DNA of 64,000 bases from the NCBI GenBank assembly GCA_964409875.1, contig CAYPEN010000001.1, forward strand, positions 292,275 through 356,274, read 5' to 3'. Source of the DNA: an uncultured Gammaproteobacteria bacterium (lineage in GTDB: Bacteria; Patescibacteriota; Microgenomatia; Levybacterales; GWA1-39-11). Below, one piece after another: positions 30,954 through 46,100 of the stretch. A program made the translations under genes and the position numbers. Under the pieces are notes generated by a model. It saw only the letters and a list, made by a program, of their open reading frames with translations, searched no databases and was not told the DNA's origin. Within the stretch, counting starts at the first letter, position 1. Each line of letters opens with the position of its first letter.

Positions 30954-31824
30954 CATTGCTGAAAACCTCGAGGCGCTAAACAGCTTAAAAGATTTAGCAG
31001 AAAGCTATGAAGAAATTGCCGTTATTCGTATGCAAAAAATTAAGGACTCAGTTCTTAAGACTCGTGATTTTTTGCAGGATTTATCTGATGTTTTTGTCGA
31101 CTTAAAGTCTTCCTATGATCGGGAAGTGAAGGAACTTATTGCAAGGAGAAAAACAGGGGACAAGACAATCCTGCCTCTTCTTCAGAAAAATGGCAAAACG
31201 CTTCTCGTGTACCTCTCTTCCAACGGTAGGTTGTATGGTTCTGTCACACAAAAAACCTACAAACTATTCATTCAAGATCTTAAGAAACCAGACAACCAGA
31301 ATAGCGACCTGCTTATTATAGGAAGTGCAGGCAAAGAAATGTATGAAGCATCGGGCGCTGCACGGCCTTTCACATACTTTGAGATACCGGACGTTGGAGT
31401 TGATTTGGCTCACATCAAGCAACTCATGCAGAAATTTTTGCAGTATGAAAAAGTGCATGTGTATTACGGAAAATTTGATAACGTGGTAAACCAAACTCCT
31501 ATCGGAACCAGCATCACAGGAGAAAATATCTTTGAGTCCGAGGTTGTTGAAACCATAAGCCGCGATGACAGGTTCATTTTTGAGCCAATTTTGGAGAAAA
31601 TATTTTACTTTTTCGAAACGCAAATTATAGCCAACCTTTTCTCACAAACGCTTCTTGAAAATCAACTTGCCCGCCACGCCTCACGGGTCAACGCTATGGA
31701 GGAAGCACTCATCCACATTGAGGAGGAATCAAAAAAACTGGTAAAAGCGAAGAACACTATCAAACACCAGTTGCAAAACAGAAAGCAACTCGAGACCATT
31801 GCCGGTCTTACACTTTGGAGTTAG
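30937..31824 (+). CDS. atpG: F1 ATPase subunit gamma (divergent)
   Basis: N- and C-terminal helices (EEIAVIRMQK; HASRVNAMEEA), SSNGRLYG, FIFEP; lies between alpha and beta. Confidence 0.85.
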   Translation: MPQRKIIAENLEALNSLKDLAESYEEIAVIRMQKIKDSVLKTRDFLQDLSDVFVDLKSSYDREVKELIARRKTGDKTILPLLQKNGKTLLVYLSSNGRLYGSVTQKTYKLFIQDLKKPDNQNSDLLIIGSAGKEMYEASGAARPFTYFEIPDVGVDLAHIKQLMQKFLQYEKVHVYYGKFDNVVNQTPIGTSITGENIFESEVVETISRDDRFIFEPILEKIFYFFETQIIANLFSQTLLENQLARHASRVNAMEEALIHIEEESKKLVKAKNTIKHQLQNRKQLETIAGLTLWS

Positions 31825-33333
<1,509 letters not shown>

Positions 33334-33341
33334 GAAAAGAT

Positions 33342-33644
33342 ATGGCGGATAAGTTATTCCATGTAAAAGTTAGGGATACCGAGAATCTTATTTTCGAGGG
33401 AGAAGTCGAAAGGATAAGTTCTTTTAATGAAGTAGGCCCGTTCGATATATTTCCCATGCATGCAAATTTTATTTCAATACTGCATCAAGAAGTGTCTCTT
33501 TACAAGGATAATCAAAAGGTAAAAGAATTAAAGTTTGAGCAAGCAGTACTGAAAGTAAAGCAGGATGTTGCTCATATCTTTTTAGGCATAGAGGTGCTTT
33601 TTGTTGAAAGTACTACCCCTCTCAATGCGCAAAGTTCCTCCTAA
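33342..33644 (+). CDS. atpC: F1 ATPase subunit epsilon (N-terminal beta-sandwich only)
   Basis: IFEGEVERISSFNEVGPFDIFPMHANFIS; 100 aa, no C-terminal helical hairpin. Confidence 0.8.
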   Translation: MADKLFHVKVRDTENLIFEGEVERISSFNEVGPFDIFPMHANFISILHQEVSLYKDNQKVKELKFEQAVLKVKQDVAHIFLGIEVLFVESTTPLNAQSSS

Positions 33645-34057
33645 TAAATCATCATAATAACAGGTTATTTAAGCTTACCGAACCATATATATACTCAGAA
33701 TTGAGTTTTTTATTGATATAACTGCAAATACTGCAATACAAGTTGCAATTTAGCCTGAAATTAAGGCATTTCACAAGACTTTTCATAGTTTGAAAAATAA
33801 ATTGAATTATTTTGTAAACAATTTTTTTTCTTTTCATGATGAGAAAATTAAATAACGTGAAAAGTCTTATGACTATAAGATAATTTCACAGATAGATTAT
33901 TTCCTAAAAAAATAAGAATTTTTTTTATAACCATAACTACATCAATCTATATCATACTGAGCAACCATTTTTTCATAATTTTTCTCCCCCTGATGCAGGT
34001 TTAATTTTTTTTATAAAAATCAGTATAGTTTGTTACACTTCTTTCCATTTCGTTGCG

Positions 34058-34087
34058 TTGACTAAATTTGTAAAAAAAAGTTACAGT
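34058..34087 (+). promoter_or_regulatory. Putative sigma70 promoter of the giant gene
   Basis: TTGACT (34058-63), 18 nt spacer, TACAGT (34082-87), 45 nt before ATG 34133. Confidence 0.45.
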
Positions 34088-34132
34088 AGATGTACACCCG
34101 TTTTAGCAATTGGTGATGACCCAAACTCATCA

Positions 34133-37100
34133 ATGAAATTATTAACTTTAAAGCAGGCGGCCCGTATGCTGGGCGTCTCTCTTGAGACTCTACAGTATTT
34201 GGCCAACAGATATGGTCTAAGCCCCGTAGTCAATGACAGGGGTGAATTTTACTACGAAGAAGACAAACTTCGAGCACTTCTTGAGACAGCAGAATCTACA
34301 TACCGCAAGTTCACACAAAACAAGGCAACTATAGGTCAAAAAAAGAGCTTTTTTCAAAATCATGAAAACTCAGAAGCCTCAACTGGTTCTCCTGCAGCTC
34401 CATTAAAGGGCGAAACCAAATGGGAACTCTTTGTTAAATTTACCTACCTCCGGCCTGGAAAAAGAGCTATTGTTTTAGGGGTCATCACCTTAGCTCTTAT
34501 ATTCTCTTTGGGATACGCTCAAGTATCTCTTCTCAAGCTAAAAGCTCAAAAAGCCAATAATGCTTTCAATGCACTTGAGGATACGAGCTCAAAAGTTCTC
34601 GGTGCAGCGACGAGTAAGCTGAAATTAACCGGTAACATTCTCTTTAGCCTGCCTTTAGTTTCGAAGGAGAATGTAGCTATCGGAAAAGAACTTCAGGTAA
34701 CGGGGAAGAGTTTTTTCAAGGATGACATTACTGCACCTAATGTCGTGTATGGAATAACAGCAGGAGGAGGAATTACAATTTCCGGTGATGCGCAAAATCC
34801 GGTCATTTCTGCCGTTCAAGGTGGAGTTACATCACTACAGGGTACCACAGGTGACGTAACCCTTAAGGCTGGAACAGATATTTCGATTTCCGGACTTACA
34901 ATAAGCGATGCTTCTACCCTTTCCACGGTCGTTTCACGGGGAGATTGCACGGGATGTATTACCGATGCGGCGGTAGTAAATACTCTTACCATCGACTCGG
35001 GAGGCCAAGTAGCCGCAGGTGCCATTAAGGGAACTCTTACGACGTCGGTTGGAGGAACCGGACTCAGCACGTATGCAACGGGTGATTTGATATACGCTTC
35101 TTCAACAGACACTCTTGATTCACTTCCAATCGGAGCCGCCGGTCAATTTTTGACGGTTTCAAACGGGCTTCCCGCTTGGGCTTTTGTGAGTTCTTTTGCA
35201 GTTGCCAACGTTAAAGAAAACAACGTAATCATCTCTTCTCAGACGAACACTCTTAACTTCGCAAATAGTGATTTCGATCTTACCGAAAGTCCCGCAGGTC
35301 AAGTCAATATTCAACTTGCCCCTACACCGCCTTCGATAACAGGGGTAGTGAGCAATTTCTCCGTTGGTGGAACCGCAATCACATTTTCTACTAGCGGTTC
35401 GATAACTTCTGCCGGTGCAAATGCATTGACGCTCGATACGGGAACTACTGGAACCCTCAATCTTGGAACCAGTAATAATGCTAAGACTGTTAATATAGCA
35501 ACCGGTAATGCGGGCAACACCGTAAATATTGCAACTGACAACACTGTAGCAGACACCATCAATATCGGCTCGGCGCTTGATACCAACAATCTAAATTCCG
35601 GCTTGGTATATGTCCCGAATGGACGTGTAGGAATAAAAGCGTTGCCTAACGATGTTGATGCAGACACCAATCCTTTTGCCCTTGAGGTAGCAGGGAGTAT
35701 CGGTCCGAATGCGGACGGTGTTTATGATTTGGGTTCTCCGTCATTGAGGTACCGCAACTTGTATATTACGGGGGCGACAACCTCAAATGGAGACATTACG
35801 ATAGCCAATAATTCACCGAAAATTTATTTCATTGATACCGACGTGGGCCAAAACCAGTACCTGGTAAACGTGGACACCTCACAGTTCACGCTTAAAAACA
35901 ACACCACGGGGGCTACGGCCCTCTTTGTCGATTCTAATGGGGATGTGTCTTTGGCCGGAGGATCTGCCTCAACGGGGTGTACAATAGCCGATGCAACCGG
36001 AAATCTGGTGTGTGCCGGAAGCATAACGACCTCCAATACTTCGGGTACGGTTGGGTTCTTCTCACGCAATAACGGTACATCCACCATTTCTCCTGCAACT
36101 TCAGGTGATAATATTTCAACTTCGGGTAATATCCTGACGACGGGAACAGGAACAATTACCTCCGCAGGACTCTTGACTGCTTCAAACGGTTTGACTGTTA
36201 CAGCAGGCGGAATTAACGTAAATAGCACCGGCATTACAAATGCAGGGGATATCCTCGGAGCGGGGGCTATTTCTGCAAGCGCCGCGTTGACATTTACGGG
36301 AACAGGTACAAACATTACAACGGTTTCAAATGCTGATTTGACTATTGGTGCCAATGGAAGCGGACAGCTTGTCATTTCGAGCAATGTTCTTCTTGGGACT
36401 CTTCCGGGAGCAGGAGTGTCGGCAACTACTTTGTGCCGAGATAACACAACTCACCAAATTACCCAGTGTCCAGCGAATGCGTCAAATGTTTCGTTGCAGG
36501 ACGCATATAATGCAGGCAATACAATCAATACCTCTGACAACCGCGACATTGCTTTTACCCTGACCGATACCGCAACCGACTCAAAGTTCATGCTTACCAA
36601 CCAGGGCACCGCAACAGCTTTCACCATAAATGACACAAATGCTGCGGTTAACACGCTTCTTTCGATTCAGTCAAATGGTACTCCTACTCTAACAATTGAT
36701 GAAAATGGCGTAGTTTCAACTTCCGGCAATATTGCAACAACTGGAACTGGAACAATTACCTCTGCCGGACTTCTTACAGCCTCAAACGGGTTAACAGTTT
36801 CAGCTGGTGGAATATCGGCAAACGGTGGCATTAACAACAACAATGGGGGAATTACCAATGCCGGTGACCTTTTAGGAGCTGGGGCAATTTCTGCGAGCGC
36901 CGCATTAACTTTTACAGGAACAGGTCCCAACATTACAACCGTTTCTGATGCGGACTTAACAATTGCGCCAAACGGCTCAGGGCAAATCATCCTCTCCAAC
37001 AATGTACTTCTCGGAACGCTTCCCGGAGCTGGTGTTTCTGCTACCACTCTTTGCCGAGACAATACCTCCCATCTTCTGACACAGTGCCCAGCAAATGCGG

Positions 37101-40100
37101 CAAATGTTTCACTGCAAGATGCATATAACGCAGGGAACACTATAAATACATCAGACAACCGCGATATCGCTTTTACCTTGACCGATACCGCAACCGACTC
37201 AAAGTTCACGCTTACCAACCAGGGCACCGCTACCGCTTTCACAATCAATGACACGAATGGTGCGGTTAACACCCTTTTGTCCGTACAATCCGGCGGCACG
37301 CCAACATTAACTATTAATGAGAACGGAGTCCTTTCAACCAGCGGCAGCATCTCAACTACCGGTACGGGAAGCATTACAAGTGCGACTACTTTGACCGCAC
37401 AAGGTACCACCAACCAACTCGTTCTCGGAAATGGGAACACTACAACCATCAATTCCCTTGCACCTGCAAGCGCAAGGATTGCAACAATCCCGGGTTTGAC
37501 CATTAATGACACTTTCCTCTTTGCAACCGAGTCAGCGCTTGTTTCCAACAAGACTTTCAGGGACAACTCGACCAATTTCCAGGACGAGCTTGATAACACG
37601 AAGCAATTCTCATTTGATGCAAGTCTTATCTCAACGGGCGTTACAAGAAAGATACAAATTCCTGATTACGACGGGACTGTTTGTTTGACGACCGGTAACT
37701 GTGCAGGGTCAGGCGGAGTTGTCGGAGGAAACGGTACCCTTAATCACTTAGTGAAATTCACTATTACCGGTTCGACAATCGGAGACGCGAATCTCACAGA
37801 CAATGGAACAGTTGTGAATGTTCTTTCGGGACTGAATGTCGGTGACCAGACAGGTTCTGATACGTTGTCGGTTCTAAGACTTTTGGACGCAACCGGCGGA
37901 AGCCAAATCCAGAACTCAAATCTTCTCACGCTTCAAGGTGCATATTGGACGGGGGCGGTTTCGCAAAGTGTCGGGTTCTCGTTGCAAAATGTGGTAACCG
38001 CTACTACACCAACTTACAAATTGTCATTCCAAAATGATGGTGGCTCGGAAGTCGCAAGTATTGCCAACAACGGAAATGTCGCGTTAACAGGAACCGTAAC
38101 CGGCGCAACCGGCCTTACTTCCTCAGGAACAATCACATTCTCCGGACTTACCAATAACGGTCCGGTGTATACAACGGCAGGAGGAGTGTTGAACTCCGAG
38201 ACTCTTCTCTCTCCTGTAAGAGGCGGAACGGGCGTTGACTCCTCTTCTGCAGCAAACGGGGCAATTCTTATCGGAAATGGAACAGGGTTTACTCTCGCAA
38301 CTATCACCGGTACTGCAAATCAAGTAAATGTTGCAAATGCGGCAGGAAGCATTACTCTTTCGACTCCACAGGATATTGCAACCTCCTCCACTCCGACGTT
38401 TGTCTCACTTACGTTGTCAAATGCGACTAACCAGTTGGTATTGGGCACTGGCAACACTACAACCATTACCTCTCCGGCTCCCGGTGCTTCAAGAGTTGCT
38501 ACCATTCCAACGCTTGCCGGCAATGACACATTCGTATTTGAGAGCCAGACTCAAACACTTACAAATAAAACCATCGGCTCAACAGGGCTTGTCTTCTCAG
38601 GGGCTGCAACGGACATCACTACCGTTTCAAACGAAGACCTGACATTATCAGCCGACGGGCTTGGTGAGATAGTTCTTTCAAATGTGACCAAAATTCCAAA
38701 CCTTTCAGGAACGGTTGGTGCTACTGTTGTCTGCCGGAATGCATCAAATGAGTTCTCTATTTGTTCATCAAATGCTCTCAACGTTACGCTACAGCAAGCA
38801 TATAATGCGGGCAACACGATCTTGGCATCCGACTCGGAGGGCAACATCGACTTTACATTAGCCGACCTTTCCTCCAGGGCACTGACAGTTACCAATGCAG
38901 GAAGTGCATCATCGGCTCTTGTTATAAACGACACGAATGCATCGGTTCAGAATGCTCTCGAAGTACAGTCTAGCGGCTCAGCAACTCTTACTATAAATGA
39001 GAATGGAAATATCTCAACTGTTGGAAATATTTCAACAACCGGTACGGGAACGATTACGAGCGCCGGTCTTCTTACTGCGTCAAACGGTTTGACAGTGACC
39101 GCAGGAGCAGTCAATATTGCGGGTTCGTCAGGTGTAATCAATCTAACCGGTTTGACAGCCCTGACAATAGATGCAGGAGTCAACAACCTCCTCTTTACCG
39201 GTGGCAATTTCAGTACCACAGCAACAGGCATCAACGGAACGGCAATTGGCGCAACTACCCCGTCAACCGGTAACTTTACCAACTTAACAACGACTTCCAA
39301 TGCTTCGTTCTCGGGCAATCTAACTCTTGCAGGGGCTCCAAGAAGCATCCAGACGACCGAAAACAACACGTTGACCATTGGTGGTGATACGACGGGAAAT
39401 ATTGTTCTTGCACCTCTCAATGGAACAGGAATCCTTACCGTTAATGGAAATACTGTTAATGTCGGAAGCTTTGATGTTAATGGTGTATCAACTTTCAATA
39501 ATAATATTACCCAGTCAGGAGCTTTCACATTCTCAACCGGAACAGGTGCAGTTTCACTGAATGGTAATACATCCGTTACGGGCACTAACACATTCACTGT
39601 TGCGGGTGGTGCTACATCTTTGGGGTCGACACTGGACGTGACCGGGATAACAACTTTGAAGAATGATGTATTTGTAACATCCGACCGGTTCTTCAATGCA
39701 TCAGGGTCGGCTATATTTACTCCGTCGGGTACGAATTCTGTCGTATTCAATACAAATTCAAATGCTAAAGTTCAATTCAACGGCCTTCAGACCGTTAACG
39801 GTAATTCCCTTTGTGTGGACGGCTCAAATTACCTGGTAGTCTGTAACGGAGCGCCATTCGGTCTTCAGGCGGCATATAATACCGGAAACACCATTAACAC
39901 GTCTGATGCCCGAGACATCGCATTCACTCTTTCAGACACCGCTACCGACTCAAAGTTCATTTTGACCAACGAAGGGACAGCAACAGCTTTCACTATCAAT
40001 GACACCAATGCTGCAACCAACACCCTTTTAGACATCCAATCGGGAGGTGTTTCGAAGTTAACTATCAATGAGAATGGAGTCCTTACAACTTCTGGCAACA

Positions 40101-43100
40101 TCTCAACGACCGGAACCGGAACTATAGCTTCGGCAGGACTTTTGACCGCTTCCAACGGATTAACATTAACAACCGGTGCATTAAATCTGACCGCTACATC
40201 CGGGTCATTGAGTCTTTCCGGCCTCTCCGCCTCATCCCTCAATTTCGGAGCAAATGACTTAACGATTACTGCCAATAATTTCAATACGACCGCAACAGGC
40301 ATCAATGGAACTGCAATTGGAGCAACAACTCCCTCAACCGGTAACTTTACGACGCTTACAACAACCGGCAATGCATCATTCTCAGGGAATCTGACCCTTG
40401 CCGGTGCACCCCGTTCTATCCAAACAACCGAATTTAACACGCTGACAATTGGAGGAAATACAACGGGCAATATCACACTCTCTCCTCAAAACGGCCTTGG
40501 TGTATTTACTATAAATGGAAGCACCGTAATTTCAGGAGCAAATACTTTGACTGTTGGGACCGGTGCAACGACTCTAGGAGGAACACTTGATGTTGCCGGT
40601 ATTGCAACATTCACCAACAACATCTCACAAACAGGTGCGACGACCTTCTCTACAGGTACTGGAAATGTGTCACTTAACGGCAATACCTCCGTTACAGGAA
40701 CCAACACATTTACTGTAGGAACCGGTCTTACAACGCTTGGAGGCAACTTTTTGGCACAAGGCACTGCATCAATTTCTGGGGGGCTTACTTTGTTTGGGAC
40801 GCCAAGCATTCAGTCAACCGCTGACCAGACTTTGACCATTGGAGGAGACACAACAGGCAATATTATCCTTACTCCTCTTAATGGAATTGGTATTGTGACA
40901 GTTAATGGCAATGTTGTTGATACCGGGACATTTACCGTCAATGGGGTTTCAACATTCAACAATAATATATCGCAAACAGGGGCTTCCACCTTCTCAACCG
41001 GAACAGGTAACGTCTCACTCAATGGGGCAACATCCGTAACCGGCACTAATACTTTCACTGTCGGAACCGGGGCTACAACACTTGGCGGGACACTTGATGT
41101 TACAGGGGTTGCTACATTTAATAATGATGTTTCCCAAACAGGAGCGCATACCTTCTCAACCGGAACGGGAGCCATTTCTTTGAATGGTGCTACTACAGTT
41201 GCTGCTAATACTGCATTTCTTGTAAGTGCAGGCTCAGGAAGCGTTGATTTCAAAAACACATCGGGAATTACAATCGGCGAGGATATCGCAGGCGGCACCA
41301 ATAATACTCCAGGAACAATTAAGCTTTGGTCTCAAGGGGACAATGCATATTCAACAACCATTACAACAGCCACCCAAACGCAAAACATTACATTTACCTT
41401 GCCGCCAGATGATGGTATAGCAAATTACGTTCTTGTAACGGATGGAAACGGAGTTCTTTCATGGCAGTCAACATCAGGTATTGGGGCTGGGACGATTACG
41501 GCTGTTGGAAATGTAACTTCCGGTACCGCGTTTACCGGCAGTGACTCGTCCTCCAATAAAGGAAATATTCTCATCTTTGAAGGCTCCACAACCGTGGATG
41601 ATGCAAATGATATAACGGTAACTGCAGTTAATCCTGTTTCATCAATTACCTACACGCTTCCCGATATTGGCACCAACGGAACGTTCGCTTTCCTTGAGGG
41701 GACCCAAACGTTCACGGGGGCAAAGACATTTTCTGACTTGACGATTAGTGACACCAACATTCCATTTACCGGAGGGGATACAACTTTTGATATAACAGGA
41801 GCTGCAACACGGACACTTTCACTTGTTAATTCAACGGTAGGACAGGTTGCAAACCTCGAACTTACTGATGGTGACCTTTTGACTGCCGGCACCTCCAGGC
41901 TTACCAATGCAGGAGCATTGCAAAACATCACCGGGTATACGCAGACTTCAGGCAACTTCTCTATAGCAGGAGCAGGAACATTCTCAACCGGAACCGGCAG
42001 TATTTCGTTGAATGGTAACACTTCTGTTACCGGCACTAACGCCTTTACGGTCGGAACCGGTCTAACGACTTTGGGCGGAGACCTTCTAACAAATGGAACA
42101 GCTTCTGTTTCAGGTGCGTTAACGCTCTTCACAACACCAACCATTCAAGCAACCGACCTCCAAGCATTAACTCTGGGAAGCGCTACAACCGGCCAACTTA
42201 ATCTTTTCAATAATACGTATGTTTTAGGAACCAGTAACTTCACAGTCGGAACCGGAGCGACTACACTTGGCGGAACACTTGATGTTGCCGGTGTTGCAAC
42301 ATTTACTAACAATATCTCCCAAACAGGAGTAACCACCTTCTCAACAGGCACCGGTAATGTTTCACTTAATGGGAATACATCCGTTACGGGTACTAACACA
42401 TTCACTGTTGCAGGTGGTGCTACATCTTTGGGGTCGACACTGGACGTGACAGGAATTACCACTTTGAAAAATGATGTGTTCATAACATCCGACCGGTTCT
42501 TTAATGCTTCAGGCTCTGCTGTCTTTACTCCATCATCTGACAATGATGTTGTCTTTAACACCGATAACAACTCAACCGTTATCTTTAATGGGCTTCAGAC
42601 GGCAGCAGGTTCAAAAATTTGTATCGACGGGTCCAATAACCTGGTTCTTTGTGCATCTCAGGGTGGAACATTGCAGCAGGCTTACAATGAGGGGAACACC
42701 ATCAACACATCTGACGCCCGGGACATCGCATTTACGCTTTCTGACACCGCTACCGACTCAAAGTTCATTTTGACGAACGAAGGAACAGCAACGGCTTTTA
42801 CTATCAATGACACGAATGCGGCAACCAACACATTGCTTGATATCCAGTCGGGAGGTGTTTCGAAGTTAACCATAAACGAGAACGGTGTTCTTACAACTTC
42901 TGGCAACATCTCAACAACCGGAACCGGAACCATAACTAGCGCAGGACTTCTCACTGCATCAAATGGTTTTACGGTCACAACCGGAGCAGTCAATATTACC
43001 GGCACATCAGGGGCCCTTAATCTCACCGGTCTTACCGCTGCAACAATTGATGCGGGAGTCAACAATATTCTTATAACTTCGGCCAACTTCAATACCACAG

Positions 43101-46100
43101 CAACAGGTATCAACGGAACTGCAATTGGGGCCACTACACCTTCAACGGGTAATTTCACGACTTTGACTACAACCGGAAATGCTTCAGTCTCGGGAAACCT
43201 TACCCTTGCAGGAGCACCCCGTTCCATCCAAACGACTGAATTTAACACCCTGACAATTGGAGGAAATACGACTGGAAATATTGTTCTTTCTCCTCAAAAC
43301 GGTCTTGGTCTATTTACTATAAATGGAAATACGGTAGTGTCTGGCACTAACACCCTAACTGTCGGAACAGGAGCCACCACACTGGGCGGGACATTGGACG
43401 TAGCCGGTGTTTCAACATTTACCAACAACATCACCCAGACAGGAGCATCAACTTTCTCAACAGGAACAGGTGCAGTTTCACTGAATGGTAACACCAGCGT
43501 AACCGGCACTAACACATTCACTGTCGGAACAGGCGCAACAACACTTGGAGGAACCTTGGATGTTGCCGGAGTTGCAACATTTACCAATAACATTTCCCAA
43601 ACAGGAGCAACCACCTTCTCAACCGGAACGGGTGTTGTTTCTCTAAATGGCAACACATCGGTTACCGGCGCCAACACCTTCACCGTCGGAACCGGTCTTA
43701 CAACTCTTGGAGGAAATCTTATCGCAAATGGCAGCGCTTCTATCTCAGGAGCTCTAACTCTTTTCGGAATTCCGACAATCCAAACTACCGATTTCCAAAA
43801 CTTGACTCTCGGAGGGGGCCAGACCGGGGGCATCGTTCTTAACAGCGGAACGGTTGTCAATGGAGGAAACACTTTCACTGTTGGAACCGGTGCCACTACT
43901 CTTGGAGGGACTTTGAATGTTGCGGGTGTTGCAACATTTACCAATAATATTTCTCAAACAGGAGCAACCACCTTCTCAACCGGAACGGGTGTTGTTTCTC
44001 TAAATGGCAACACATCGGTTACCGGTACTAACACATTTATGGTTGCAGGCGGAGCGACGTCCTTGGGTTCCACACTTGATGTAACGGGAATAACAACTTT
44101 GAAGAATGATGTATTTGTAACATCCGACCGGTTCTTCAATGCATCAGGGTCGGCTATATTTACTCCGTCGGGTACGAATTCTGTCGTATTCAATACAAAT
44201 TCAAATGCTAAAGTTCAATTCAACGGCCTTCAGACCGTTAACGGTAATTCCCTTTGTGTGGACGGCTCAAATTACCTGGTAGTCTGTAACGGAGCGCCAT
44301 TCGGTCTTCAGGCGGCATATAATACCGGAAACACCATTAACACGTCTGATGCCCGAGACATCGCATTCACTCTTTCAGACACCGCTACCGACTCAAAGTT
44401 CATTTTGACCAACGAAGGGACAGCAACAGCTTTCACTATCAATGACACCAATGCTGCGGTTAACACCCTACTCTCCATCCAATCTAACGGAACACCGACA
44501 TTAACAATTGATGAGTCAGGAGCTTTAAGTACAAGCGGTAGCATCACAACAACAGGAACAGGAACCATAACCAGCGCAGGACTTCTCACCGCTTCAAATG
44601 GCCTGACTCTCACAACAGGGGCATTAAGCCTAACTGCCACTTCCGGTAGTTTGAATTTGACCGGCCTCTCTTCATCTACCCTTGATTTTGGAGCTAATGA
44701 CCTCACAATTACTGCAAACAACTTTAATACAACAGCAACGGGAATTAACGGAACGGCAATTGGTGCAACCACCCCATCGACGGGTAACTTTACCTCTCTT
44801 ACGACAACGGGTAACGCATCATTCTCAGGAAATCTAACCTTGGCAGGAGCACCCCGCTCTATTCAGACGACGGAGTTTAATACGTTGACGCTTGGAGGAG
44901 ATACGACAGGCAATATTACGCTCTCTCCTCAGAATGGTCTTGGAGTATTTACCATAAATGGAAGCACCGTCATATCGGGAACCAATACGTTTACCTCTGG
45001 CACTGGGGCAGTAACATTAAATGGTGCGACATCAATAACTGGAACAAACACTTTAACTGTCGGAACGGGTGCAACCACTCTTGGAGGAACCTTGGATGTT
45101 GCAGGCGTTGCAACGTTTACCAATAACATTTCCCAAACAGGAGCAACCACTTTCTCAACCGGAACCGGAAATGTTTCTTTGAACGGCAACACTTCTGTAA
45201 CCGGAACCAATACCTTTACGGTCGGAACCGGTCTTACGACACTTGGAGGAGACTTAATTGCCAATGGAACGGCCTCTATTTCAGGCGGACTAACGTTGTT
45301 TAGTATCCCTATCATTGGTACTACCGACCTACAGGCATTGACACTTGGAACTGGAACTACGGGTCAAATTAATCTTGCAACCAACACGTATGTTCTTGGC
45401 ACAAGCACATTCTCTGTCGGGACTGGTGCAACAACGCTTGGCGGAACACTGGATGTTGCAGGCGTTGCAACGTTTACCAATAACATTTCCCAAACAGGAG
45501 CAACCACCTTCTCGACCGGAACCGGAAATGTTTCACTGAATGGTGCAACAACCGTTACGGGGACAAATGCATTCTCGGTTAACGGTGGCCCAACAACACT
45601 GGGTTCCACATTGGATGTTACGGGAATTACAACACTTAAAAATGATGTATTTGTAACATCCGACCGGTTCTTCAATGCATCAGGTTCTGCTATCTTTACT
45701 CCTTCGACTAACAATAATGTAGTGTTTAATACATCTGCAACCGAAAGGGTTCAATTCAATGGTCTTCAAACGGTTAACGGAAATTCACTCTGCGTAGACG
45801 GTTCTAATTACCTTGTTGTATGTAACGGAGCGCCATTCGGACTGCAGGCAGCCTACAACACCGGCAACACCATCAATACGTCAGACGCACGGGATATTGC
45901 ATTCACATTGTCAGATACCGTAACGGACAGTAAATTCATTTTAACTAACGAGGGAACGGCAACGGCATTCACCATCAACGACACCAATGCTGCAACAAAC
46001 ACACTTTTTGATATCCAATCCGGAGGTGTTTCAAAGTTAACCATAAACGAAAATGGAGCTCTTTCAACTTCGGGGAATATTTTAACAACCGGAACCGGAA

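Noticed and set aside
33652-33837. 61-aa minus-strand ORF after atpC
   Set aside because: Low-complexity AT-rich sequence with no recognisable motif; probably spurious
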